From a virus, in UHGV virus genome UHGV-0140551: a DNA stretch of 19,891 bases, one strand, 5' to 3'. Of this stretch, positions 7,888 through 15,393 are shown in pieces. The position numbers and the translations under genes were made by a program. The notes below the pieces were generated by a model. It saw only the letters and a list, made by a program, of their open reading frames with translations. It searched no databases and was not told the DNA's origin. Each line of letters opens with the position of its first letter. The stretch's first letter is position 1.

Positions 7888-8106
7888 TGCGCGCCAGCAG
7901 TGATGCGTAATAATAAAAATTATCCTCTGAGCGCGTCGTGATGGCGCTGTCGTGGTCGCTGCTGGTTCGTTGGTGGTCGAGTGTGTTCGTGCGCGTGAGA
8001 CGCATCTGATGCGTGATGGTGGTGTGCATGGAAAAGCCACCAGGAGCAGCGGCTTTACAGGAGTGGCAGGATTCAAACTGCTAATTATGTTTCTACTATG
8101 ATTAAA

Positions 8107-9111
8107 CTAATTTACATGTATGTAGAGTTCACCGTCGCCAGACCAATCGGGACACTCTAAAACAAGCCCAAACTGCTTGAATATTTCATCAATGATTATT
8201 GTTATCTCCCGAAAATCACCAAAACCTGTAATGTGCTGGTCATTAAACTTCCCATAAAGATTCTGAAAAGCAATGCCTAATTCTGATAATTGATATCTTA
8301 TCTTTGAGTTGGATAGTGTAAGGGATAGCTTTGGATCGTATTCTTTAATATTGATGTTTAGAGAATGGACATAACCCATCGCATAAGCATAAGAGTTGAT
8401 GATTAGCCTGATACGTTTTTTTACTTCAAGATACATGTCATTCAGAGAAATATTACCGTACTTATAACCCCAGATGAGTTTTTCAATCTCGTCAGATACT
8501 TCATTTACAACAGTGTCAAGATTCTCTAAAAATAAATCGATAGTTTCTTGAGGGGCAGACCCCGAAGACATGTAATTAGCGAGATATTCAGACCATGCAC
8601 GCGTGGCTGAGATAAGAAGCGCGCTACCATACTCGTTGACTGTAAAGTTTTGGGCTAAGCATGTTAGTAAGTTTTTTTCATGTACGTGCACTAATTCATG
8701 GTGAATGCGATGGATGACTGCGAGGTATCCTTCTTCTTTCAGTTTTAAGAAGCTACCATCATTGAAAAGCTCAACAAAAAAATCAATCGATAGCACAAGG
8801 GTATATTCTTCACATAGCCCATCATTGCCAATTTTTGTTACTAACTGCCCGACGGCTGCGCCCTGTTTGCTATTGGTAAATGAACTAGGGGATTTGTGTT
8901 GGTAAGAGGATGTTACCTTTTGAAGAGCTTCACTGAAGTTATAGGAAACAATCACGCATTTTAATTTGGAGATATCAAGATTGAGATTTTTTGTTAAAGC
9001 TCGGATAGCTTCTAGTGTGAAATTACCGATATTATTTGCTTCTTGCTCAGTAGCGAAACCTTCGAGGGTTATTTTAAAATCAGTTTCCAAAATATTAATC
9101 TCCGCGCCCAT
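8107..9111 (-). CDS. AT-rich accessory protein with an HExxH (zinc-metallopeptidase-like) motif; candidate anti-phage or abortive-infection gene in the cos-portal hotspot
   Basis: 334-aa ORF of markedly lower GC than the flanking phage genes. It contains HRIHHELVHVHEKN (HELVH at residues 138-142), has no Walker A motif and no transmembrane segments, and sits where P2-like phages carry variable accessory genes. Confidence 0.7.
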   Translation of the reverse strand: MGAEINILETDFKITLEGFATEQEANNIGNFTLEAIRALTKNLNLDISKLKCVIVSYNFSEALQKVTSSYQHKSPSSFTNSKQGAAVGQLVTKIGNDGLCEEYTLVLSIDFFVELFNDGSFLKLKEEGYLAVIHRIHHELVHVHEKNLLTCLAQNFTVNEYGSALLISATRAWSEYLANYMSSGSAPQETIDLFLENLDTVVNEVSDEIEKLIWGYKYGNISLNDMYLEVKKRIRLIINSYAYAMGYVHSLNINIKEYDPKLSLTLSNSKIRYQLSELGIAFQNLYGKFNDQHITGFGDFREITIIIDEIFKQFGLVLECPDWSGDGELYIHVN

Positions 9112-9128
9112 TGTTTTGATATTCGATG

Positions 9129-9157
9129 CACTATAGCTTTCGCAGATTGCATCTTCA
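9129..9157 (-). promoter_or_regulatory. Candidate own promoter for the 334-aa gene: -35 TTGAAG, 17-bp spacer, -10 TATAGT (minus strand)
   Basis: Hexamers read on the minus strand in the 78-bp gap between the portal remnant and the gene. The predicted leader is short and lacks a strong SD. Confidence 0.35.
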
Positions 9158-9188
9158 ATAATGAGCGCAGAGATTGTGGCGGCCTAAG

Positions 9189-9722
9189 TTATTCTGGGTT
9201 GTCGAGGGTGTACTCTTTGAATCTGATGACCTCCATGCCGAGCCAGTCATTTACCTCCCTGAACCTGTCCTGTAGCGGCGACAGCTCGTTGCGCACAAAT
9301 ACCTTTGCCACCTTCTCAACATCACCGAGTGAACCGATATTCTCGGGCTTGCCGCCCATGAGCTGGAACGGTACGCGGTGCGCGTCCATCAGATCGGCGG
9401 CACTGGCCTTCTTGATGTTGAAAAAGTCATCCTTTGTGGCGACCTCGCTCAGTGGCACGATTTTGATGCCGTCCGGTTTTCCGCCGGGAGCGTAGAAAAA
9501 CAGGTTCTTAAAGTTGCCGAGCCCTTTTGAGTTGCGCATCGCCTCGCGCAGCGATTCGACGTCGGTCGCGCTCTGCGCCGGGTCAGTCACATACATGATG
9601 TAGCCTGCGTGCGCGCCGTTCTGATAATACTTGCGGCGGAACAGCGTCGCGGATTCATTCAGCCAAGCGGAATTGACCGTCCAGTCAGCCGAGATTGTGC
9701 CGTACCAAATTGACGCGACGCT
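9189..9722 (-). pseudogene. Portal protein (P2 gpQ-like), 3' fragment only
   Basis: The frame is open from 9722 down to the stop at 9189, with a portal-like C-terminal translation (…FFYAPGGKPDGIKIVPLSEVATKDDFFNIK…VFVRNELSPLQDRFREVNDWLGMEVIRFKEY…). The N-terminal half is absent; a stop lies at 9723-9725 and a J-like frame begins on the opposite strand. Confidence 0.6.
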
Positions 9723-9969
9723 CTACGTTTACCCCGGCCCCGAGTCTGAGCCCATCAGGCAGGCATCAGAACAAAAGCTGCAGAGTTACATCAGCGCGCA
9801 GCACCGCCTCGGGCGTGATATCCGTCTGTCGGCCATTTACGCGGCGCTGCATGTTGAGGGGGTGCAGCGTGTCGAACTGGCATCACCGCAGGCCGACATT
9901 GTGCTGAGTAAGTCGCAGGCGTCGAATTGTACTGAGTACCAGATAACTATCGGGGGCTCGGATGAGTGA
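9700..9969 (+). pseudogene. Baseplate assembly protein J (P2 gpJ-like), C-terminal fragment only
   Basis: The translation …LYVYPGPESEPIRQ…QHRLGRDIRLSAIYAALHVEGVQRVELASP…ITIGGSDE resembles the gpJ C-terminus. Only about 90 residues are present and the stop overlaps the gpI start, as in P2. Confidence 0.6.
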
Positions 9970-10570
9970 CCGGCTATTACCCGTTGGCTCGTCGCCGCTG
10001 GAGGTTGCCGCCGCCGCTGCGTTCTCTGAGATTCAGCGCGTGCCGGTACCGCTGCGCACCCTGTGGAACTGGCGCACCTGCCCGGTAAAGCTGCTGCCGT
10101 ATCTGGCGTGGGCGCTGTCGGTCGACAGGTGGGATGAGAAATGGCCGGAGGCGACAAAGCGCAACGTCTGCGCGTCCTCGTTTTTCGTCCATCAGCACAA
10201 AGGCACCATCAGCGCATTGCGTCGGGTCGTCGAGCCGCTCGGCTTTCTGATTGAGGTGCGCGAGTGGTGGCAACTCGACGAGGAGCCAGGCACATTCCGC
10301 CTCGTTGTTGGCGTCCTCGACAGCGGCATCACTGACGAAATGTATCAGGAGCTTGAGCGCCTGATTGAAGACGCCAAACCGGCAAGTCGCCACCTGACCG
10401 GGCTGGCTATCAGTCTGAGCTCGACCGGCGAACTGTATGTCGGCGCGGGATGCTATCACGGCGACGCGCTGACTGTTTACCCCTACACCCCCGAGGAGAT
10501 TGTCGTCGGCGGTGAATATTACCCGGCCTCGGCCATCCATTTGATTGATAACCTGAGAGTGAACGCATGA
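9962..10570 (+). CDS. Baseplate/tail protein I (P2 gpI-like)
   Basis: 202-aa ORF with conserved gpI segments (LLPYLAWALSVDRWDEKW, DAKPASRHL) and the typical start overlap with J. Confidence 0.85.
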   Translation: MSDRLLPVGSSPLEVAAAAAFSEIQRVPVPLRTLWNWRTCPVKLLPYLAWALSVDRWDEKWPEATKRNVCASSFFVHQHKGTISALRRVVEPLGFLIEVREWWQLDEEPGTFRLVVGVLDSGITDEMYQELERLIEDAKPASRHLTGLAISLSSTGELYVGAGCYHGDALTVYPYTPEEIVVGGEYYPASAIHLIDNLRVNA

Positions 10571-11523
10571 CCGCAAAATATTTTGCCATTCTGACCAATC
10601 AGGGCGCGGCGCGGCTGGCGAACGCGGCGGCACTCGGTACCAAACTCAACCTGACGCAGATGGCCGTCGGTGATGCGAATGGTACGTTGCCGACCCCTGA
10701 CCCGGCGCAGACGAAGCTCATTAACCAGAAACGCATCGCGCCGCTGAACCTGCTGACCGTTGACCCGGCCAATACCAGTCAGATTATCGCGGAACAGATT
10801 ATTCCCGAGAATGAAGGTGGTTTCTGGATCCGCGAGATTGGTCTCTATGACGATGATGGTATTCTGATTGCCGTGGCGAACTGTCCGGAGACCTACAAGC
10901 CACAACTGCAGGAGGGAAGCGGTCGCACGCAGACCATTCGCATGATTCTGATTGTGTCGAACACATCGGCAATCACCCTGAAAATCGACCCGGCAGTCGT
11001 GCTGGCAACGCGCCAGTATGTCGACGACAAGATTATCGAGGTGAAAGGATATGCTGATAACCTGATGAAAAAACATGTTGAGGCCGCCAATCCACACAAG
11101 CAGTACCCGTTAATCGCTAATGCTCTGAAAGAAATGGTTGACGCGGGACTGGCCGGCGACGTTCTTAAAAACCTTGGTTTGGGAGAGGGAGCAAAATTAG
11201 GCGCAGCGGTGTGTGTGACCGGCTCTACAGGCTATATGACTATCCCGGCAATGGTCGCCGGGAAAGAACGGGTGATCATATTGCAGTGGTTTGGTGCTAC
11301 TACAACTGATTATGTGACACCAGTAACTGCGAATTTCCCTATTGCATTCCCAAATGAGTGCATGATTCCGTTATTTAGTGATGTATCAACTGGGGCAGTT
11401 GATTTGAGTTCTACAGCCGCATATAGCTTAGCGGTGGGCCGATCATACTATACGACGGTAACAAGAACTCAGATTACATGTGCTGGCTACGGTGGCTTTA
11501 GAGTTTTCGCGATTGGATGGTGA
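10567..11523 (+). CDS. Tail fibre protein (P2 gpH-like): constant N-terminal region fused to the currently expressed variable C-terminal segment
   Basis: N-terminus matches the conserved gpH start ([18 protein letters not shown]…[22 protein letters not shown]…[18 protein letters not shown]…). A recombination site lies inside the gene at 11162-11187. Confidence 0.85.
   Translation: MTAKYFAILTNQGAARLANAAALGTKLNLTQMAVGDANGTLPTPDPAQTKLINQKRIAPLNLLTVDPANTSQIIAEQIIPENEGGFWIREIGLYDDDGILIAVANCPETYKPQLQEGSGRTQTIRMILIVSNTSAITLKIDPAVVLATRQYVDDKIIEVKGYADNLMKKHVEAANPHKQYPLIANALKEMVDAGLAGDVLKNLGLGEGAKLGAAVCVTGSTGYMTIPAMVAGKERVIILQWFGATTTDYVTPVTANFPIAFPNECMIPLFSDVSTGAVDLSSTAAYSLAVGRSYYTTVTRTQITCAGYGGFRVFAIGW
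11162..11187. repeat. Invertase crossover site (hix/gix-like), left copy, inside the tail fibre gene
   Basis: TTCTTAAAAACCTTGGTTTGGGAGAG resembles hix/gix sites and is an imperfect inverted repeat of 12711-12736. Confidence 0.6.
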
Positions 11524-11948
11524 TTAATATGTTTTATTCTGCAAAAGAAAATGCGTTCTACGCTGATGAGCTAAAAAGTATTTATGAAAATGCAGGTAGC
11601 TGGCCTGACGATGCCGTTGAAGTAGACTATTCCGTATTCGTTGAGTTTGCCGGAGAATCACCTAACGGAAAATTACGCGCTCCTAATTCTGATGGTTTAC
11701 CTGAATGGATAGATATTCCCGAACCAACTGAAGAGGAAATTATTGCGTTGGCAGAAGCCGAAAAATCGCGACTGCGTGCTTCAGCTGACTCTGAAATAGA
11801 ATGGCGGCAGGACGCCGTTGATGCGGGGATCGCGACGGAAGAAGAAACTGTTTCATTAGCCGAATGGAAAAAATACCGGGTGCTGCTGATGCGAGTTGAT
11901 ACAGCAGACCCGGACTGGCCTACTCCTCCGGCGACTCAGGCCAGTTGA
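11517..11948 (+). CDS. Tail fibre assembly chaperone (gpG/U-like), paired with the current fibre tip
   Basis: 143-aa ORF with the typical motif [10 protein letters not shown]…WPDDAVEV…; an alternative start is the ATG at 11529. Its 3' end overlaps the convergent paralogue. Confidence 0.85.
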   Translation: MVINMFYSAKENAFYADELKSIYENAGSWPDDAVEVDYSVFVEFAGESPNGKLRAPNSDGLPEWIDIPEPTEEEIIALAEAEKSRLRASADSEIEWRQDAVDAGIATEEETVSLAEWKKYRVLLMRVDTADPDWPTPPATQAS

Positions 11949-12351
11949 TATCTGGTGCGCTGGATATGTCCACAGATTCCAGCGCATCGAGATAATCCAG
12001 CCACTCGTTATACTGGGCCTTCTCGTCGTCTGTAAGTCGCCCCAGCGCAGCTTTACCCGGCCACTGCTTGCTGTTTATATACTCATTAGCCTGATCGATA
12101 CGATACTGTTTTTCAGCTTCAGCTGCTGCGATTTCCTCCTCATGGCTTAAAGGTGGAATGTCTACCCATGCCGGCATTCCATCCTCAGTAGCTCCACGAG
12201 TTTTACCCTCTGGTGGCATCCCCGAATATTCAGTGAATGTCTCATCTGAGACGGCTATGAGATCGTCAGGCCAGTTTCTACTCGCTTCATAAACATCTCT
12301 GAGCTCATCAGGGTAGAAAGCGTTATTTAATGCTGAATAAAAATAAGCCAT
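11920..12351 (-). CDS. Alternative tail fibre assembly chaperone (U'-like) in inverted orientation
   Basis: 143-aa paralogue ([22 protein letters not shown]…WPDDLIAV…) on the opposite strand, convergent with and overlapping the 11517-11948 gene by 29 nt. Confidence 0.8.
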   Translation of the reverse strand: MAYFYSALNNAFYPDELRDVYEASRNWPDDLIAVSDETFTEYSGMPPEGKTRGATEDGMPAWVDIPPLSHEEEIAAAEAEKQYRIDQANEYINSKQWPGKAALGRLTDDEKAQYNEWLDYLDALESVDISSAPDINWPESPEE

Positions 12352-12354
12352 TTA

Positions 12355-12726
12355 TTAATACCCCACAGCAAAATAGTTAAACCCGCCAGCGCCGATGGAT
12401 GATTCAGCGTTGGTTCCTGTCTGATAAGCGCGTAGCTGGAAATTAGTTCTCGTAAAATCCTGGGCGGTTAACGCAAAACCTTGACCTGTACCCCCAACAC
12501 TCTGGTCTGTTGCAACAACACATAGCGCCCTGGTTGGAAACGCAATCGGGAATGATACTGTTTCTGGGGATGTTCTCGTTATGGCTATTGCCCATTGAAG
12601 AATTAACCCGCCTGGCAGGTATTGATACCCCGAATCGGCTCGCTGATTACCAAATGAAGACATGTCCGGAATCTGTCCGGAACCAGTGCCAACATTTTTT
12701 TTTGCCGCATCTCCTAAACCAACCTT
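12355..12726 (-). CDS. Alternative tail fibre C-terminal segment (Sv'-like), lacking its own start; expressed only after inversion
   Basis: The frame is open from the recombination site at about 12726 to the stop at 12355. Its …KVGLGDAAKKNVGTGSGQIP… mirrors …[13 protein letters not shown]… at the left site, and its stop is followed by the chaperone start. Confidence 0.65.
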   Translation of the reverse strand, partial: KVGLGDAAKKNVGTGSGQIPDMSSFGNQRADSGYQYLPGGLILQWAIAITRTSPETVSFPIAFPTRALCVVATDQSVGGTGQGFALTAQDFTRTNFQLRAYQTGTNAESSIGAGGFNYFAVGY

Positions 12727-12736
12727 TTAGAAAATG
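12711..12736. repeat. Invertase crossover site (hix/gix-like), right copy
   Basis: CTCCTAAACCAACCTTTTAGAAAATG matches the reverse complement of 11162-11187 at about 18 of 24 positions. Confidence 0.55.
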
Positions 12737-12788
12737 CAGATATTCCGTTCAGCTGGCATGATCCCGACTTTTTACCGGGTTATTTCTC

Positions 12789-13031
12789 ATGTTTATCGGT
12801 TATGTACGTGTATCAACAAATGACCAGAACACCGCATTACAGCGAAATGAACTGGAGTGCGCAGGATGCGAGCTGATTTTCGAAGATAAAATCAGCGGCA
12901 AAACATCAGACTGGCCGGGGCTAAAGAGGTTACTCAGAACCTTGTCAGAGGGCGATACGCTTGTGGTCTGGAAACTGGATCGCCTCGGGTATCTCAACGC
13001 TATACAAAAAATTTCCCGCATCCGTTGCTGA
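12789..13031 (+). pseudogene. Serine DNA invertase (Gin/Hin/Pin family), truncated after about 68 conserved residues
   Basis: MFIGYVRVSTNDQNTALQRNELECAGCELIFEDKISGKT…GDTLVVWKLDRLG closely matches invertase N-termini, then diverges to 12 unrelated residues and a stop. The remaining catalytic part and the C-terminal DNA-binding HTH are missing. Confidence 0.8.
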
Positions 13032-13129
13032 TGTCTCAATGTGTCAGACATCACCCAACACTGACAAATAGCCCCTCAACAGACCAGCCAGGACAATAAC
13101 ACTTGCCCACTAACCACGGAGTTAACCGG

Positions 13130-14308
13130 ATGAGTGATTTTCACCACGGCGTGCAGGTGCTTGAGATTAACGACGGCACCCGCGTCATTTCCACTGTTGC
13201 AACCGCAATTGTCGGCATGGTCTGCACGGCCAGCGATGCGGATGCCGAGACATTCCCCCTCAACGAACCGGTATTGATTACCAATGTGCAGAGCGCCATT
13301 GCAAAAGCCGGTAAAAAAGGCACGTTGTCTGCCTCCCTGCAGGCCATCGCCGACCAGTCAAAACCTGTCACAGTTGTCGTGCGTGTTGCCGAAGGTACCG
13401 GAGAAGACGCCGAAGCGCAGACCATTTCCAATATCATCGGCGGCACGGATGAGAGCGGTAAATATACCGGCATCAAGGCGCTGTTGACTGCCGAAGCAGT
13501 CACCGGCGTTAAGCCGCGCATTCTCGGCGTGCCGGGTCTCGATACCAAAGAGGTCGCAGTCGCACTTGCTTCGGTCTGTATCAGCCTGCGCGCCTTTGGC
13601 TATATCAGCGCATGGGGTTGTAAAACCATTTCCGAGGCGATGGCCTATCGCGAGAATTTCAGCCAGCGCGAGCTGATGGTCATCTGGCCTGATTTCCTTG
13701 CATGGGATACCACCACAAACGCCACCGCACCGGCATACGCAACTGCGCGCGCACTCGGCCTGCGTGCCTATATCGACCAGACCGTCGGCTGGCACAAAAC
13801 CCTGTCTAACATCGGCGTGCAGGGTGTTACCGGCATCAGTGCGTCAGTGTTTTGGGATTTGCAGGCATCCGGCACCGATGCTGATCTGCTCAACGAGGCC
13901 GGGCTCACAACACTGGTGCGTAAGGATGGCTTCCGCTTTTGGGGTAACCGCACCTGCTCTGATGACCCGCTTTTCCTGTTTGAGAACTACACCCGCACCG
14001 CGCAGGTGCTGGCCGACACGATGGCCGAGGCGCACATGTGGGCGGTCGATAAGCCCATCACCGCATCACTTATCCGTGACATTGTCGACGGCATTAACGC
14101 CAAATTCCGCGAGCTGAAATCAAACGGCTACATCGTGGACGGTGAATGCTGGTTTGACGAGGAATCGAACGATAAGGAAACCCTCAAGGCCGGGAAACTG
14201 TATATCGACTACGACTATACACCGGTTCCACCACTGGAAAGCCTGACCCTGCGCCAGCGTATCACCGATAAATATCTGGTAAATCTGGCCGAATCGGTCA
14301 ACAGCTAA
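13130..14308 (+). CDS. Contractile tail sheath protein (P2 gpFI-like)
   Basis: Starts MSDFHHGVQVLEINDGTRVISTVATAIVGMV, as P2 FI does. ATG at 13130 with a GGAG ribosome-binding site; the TTG at 13103 is rejected. Confidence 0.93.
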   Translation: MSDFHHGVQVLEINDGTRVISTVATAIVGMVCTASDADAETFPLNEPVLITNVQSAIAKAGKKGTLSASLQAIADQSKPVTVVVRVAEGTGEDAEAQTISNIIGGTDESGKYTGIKALLTAEAVTGVKPRILGVPGLDTKEVAVALASVCISLRAFGYISAWGCKTISEAMAYRENFSQRELMVIWPDFLAWDTTTNATAPAYATARALGLRAYIDQTVGWHKTLSNIGVQGVTGISASVFWDLQASGTDADLLNEAGLTTLVRKDGFRFWGNRTCSDDPLFLFENYTRTAQVLADTMAEAHMWAVDKPITASLIRDIVDGINAKFRELKSNGYIVDGECWFDEESNDKETLKAGKLYIDYDYTPVPPLESLTLRQRITDKYLVNLAESVNS

Positions 14309-14323
14309 GGAGCCTGAAACAAC

Positions 14324-14842
14324 ATGGCACTACCCCGCAAACTTAAATATCTGAACATGTTCAATGACGGCCTTAGCTACATGGGCGTTGTTGAATCCGT
14401 GACGCTGCCGAAGCTGACCCGCAAGCTCGAAAACTATCGCGGCGGCGGCATGAATGGCGCGGCGGCGATTGACCTTGGTCTCGACGATGATGCGCTCACC
14501 GTCGAATGGTCTGTCGGTGGCCTGCCTGATGTGGCGCTGTGGGCGCAGTACGCCGCGCCGGGTGCTGACGCTGTGCCGTTGCGTTTTGCTGGCTCTTACC
14601 AACGTGACGACACTGGCGAAATCGTGGCGGTCGAGGTGGTCATGCGTGGCCGTCATAAAGAAATCGACGGCGGCGAGAATAAGCAGGGTGAAAACACCTC
14701 GACCAAACTGTCGACCGTATGCACCTATTACCGCCTCACGATTGATGGTAGCGACGTCATCGAAATCGATACCGTCAACATGGTTGAGAAGGTGAACGGC
14801 GTCGACCGTCTGGAACAGCACCGCCGCGCAATCGGGCTGTAA
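14324..14842 (+). CDS. Tail tube protein (P2 gpFII-like)
   Basis: 172-aa ORF directly after the sheath gene, with an AGGAG ribosome-binding site and a conserved FII-like sequence. Confidence 0.9.
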   Translation: MALPRKLKYLNMFNDGLSYMGVVESVTLPKLTRKLENYRGGGMNGAAAIDLGLDDDALTVEWSVGGLPDVALWAQYAAPGADAVPLRFAGSYQRDDTGEIVAVEVVMRGRHKEIDGGENKQGENTSTKLSTVCTYYRLTIDGSDVIEIDTVNMVEKVNGVDRLEQHRRAIGL

Positions 14843-14850
14843 TTCCCTGA

Positions 14851-14879
14851 CCGGTCAGCACTGCTGGCCGGTTATTAAT
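14851..14879 (+). terminator. Hairpin plus U-rich tract between the tube gene and gene E (possible attenuator)
   Basis: CCGGTCAGC-act-GCTGGCCGG (9-bp stem, one G-U pair) followed by TTATTAAT. Confidence 0.4.
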
Positions 14880-14905
14880 CCCCATTCAGAGCAGAGAAAA
14901 ACATC

Positions 14906-15241
14906 ATGGCAAAAGCACCACGTAAAACCGCTGAATTTGTTGATATGGCTGGCAATGAAATTGACACCGTAAACCCGAACGTCGTGACCCTCGACAAGCC
15001 GATTAAGCGCGCCGGTCAGACGATTGATAAAGTCACACTGATTGAGCCGAACGCCGGTACCCTGCGCGGTGTCAGTCTGGCAGCGGTGGCGCAGTCCGAA
15101 GTCGATGCGCTGATTAAGGTATTGCCACGCATGACCTACCCCGCGCTTACGGCGCAGGAGCTTACCGCAATGAACCTGCCCGATATGCTGTCGCTGGCCG
15201 CTAAGGTGATTGGTTTTTTGTCACCGGCTTCGGCGGAGTAG
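14906..15241 (+). CDS. Tail assembly chaperone gpE
   Basis: 111-aa ORF in the conserved position, containing the slippery heptamer T_TTT_TTG at 15214-15220. Confidence 0.85.
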   Translation: MAKAPRKTAEFVDMAGNEIDTVNPNVVTLDKPIKRAGQTIDKVTLIEPNAGTLRGVSLAAVAQSEVDALIKVLPRMTYPALTAQELTAMNLPDMLSLAAKVIGFLSPASAE

Positions 15242-15393
15242 ATTTCCCGCCCGACCTGTCGACCGATGACCTGATGGCGGATATCGCGGTGATATTCCAC
15301 TGGCCGCTATCAGAGCTCTATTCCCTGAGCCTGACCGAGCTCATCACATGGCGCGAAAAGGCGCTGCAGCGTAGCGGACACCACAATGAGTAA
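14906..15393 (+). CDS. gpE+E' extended product made by programmed -1 ribosomal frameshift at 15214-15220
   Basis: After a -1 shift at TTTTTTG the frame reads VTGFGGVDFPPDLSTDDLMADIAVIFHWPLSELYSLSLTELITWREKALQRSGHHNE and stops at 15391-15393, overlapping the tape-measure start. This is the P2 E/E' arrangement. Confidence 0.75.

Noticed and set aside
8107-9111. Identification of the 334-aa gene as a P2 Old or Tin homologue
   Set aside because: Old is a much larger ATPase/nuclease with a Walker A motif, and no GxxxxGK[ST] is present here. The family is left unassigned rather than forced onto a known name.
9043-9495. 150-aa plus-strand ORF
   Set aside because: It overlaps the start of the 334-aa gene, its promoter region and the portal remnant on the other strand; Ser-rich translation typical of an antisense artefact.
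9977-11097. Minus-strand ORFs of 218 and 192 aa opposite gpI and the fibre gene
   Set aside because: Arg-rich antisense translations of conserved structural genes; not credible as genes.
13032-13129. Ogr-dependent late promoter (TGT-N12-ACA dyad) upstream of the sheath gene
   Set aside because: Several TGT…ACA pairs occur, but none has the exact 12-bp spacing, so no site is called.
13141-13795. Minus-strand ORFs inside the tail sheath gene (13141-13548 and 13358-13795), and similar antisense ORFs inside the tape-measure, U and D genes
   Set aside because: GC-rich genes often carry long antisense open frames; all are embedded in genes with clear homology-like signatures and lack start signals.
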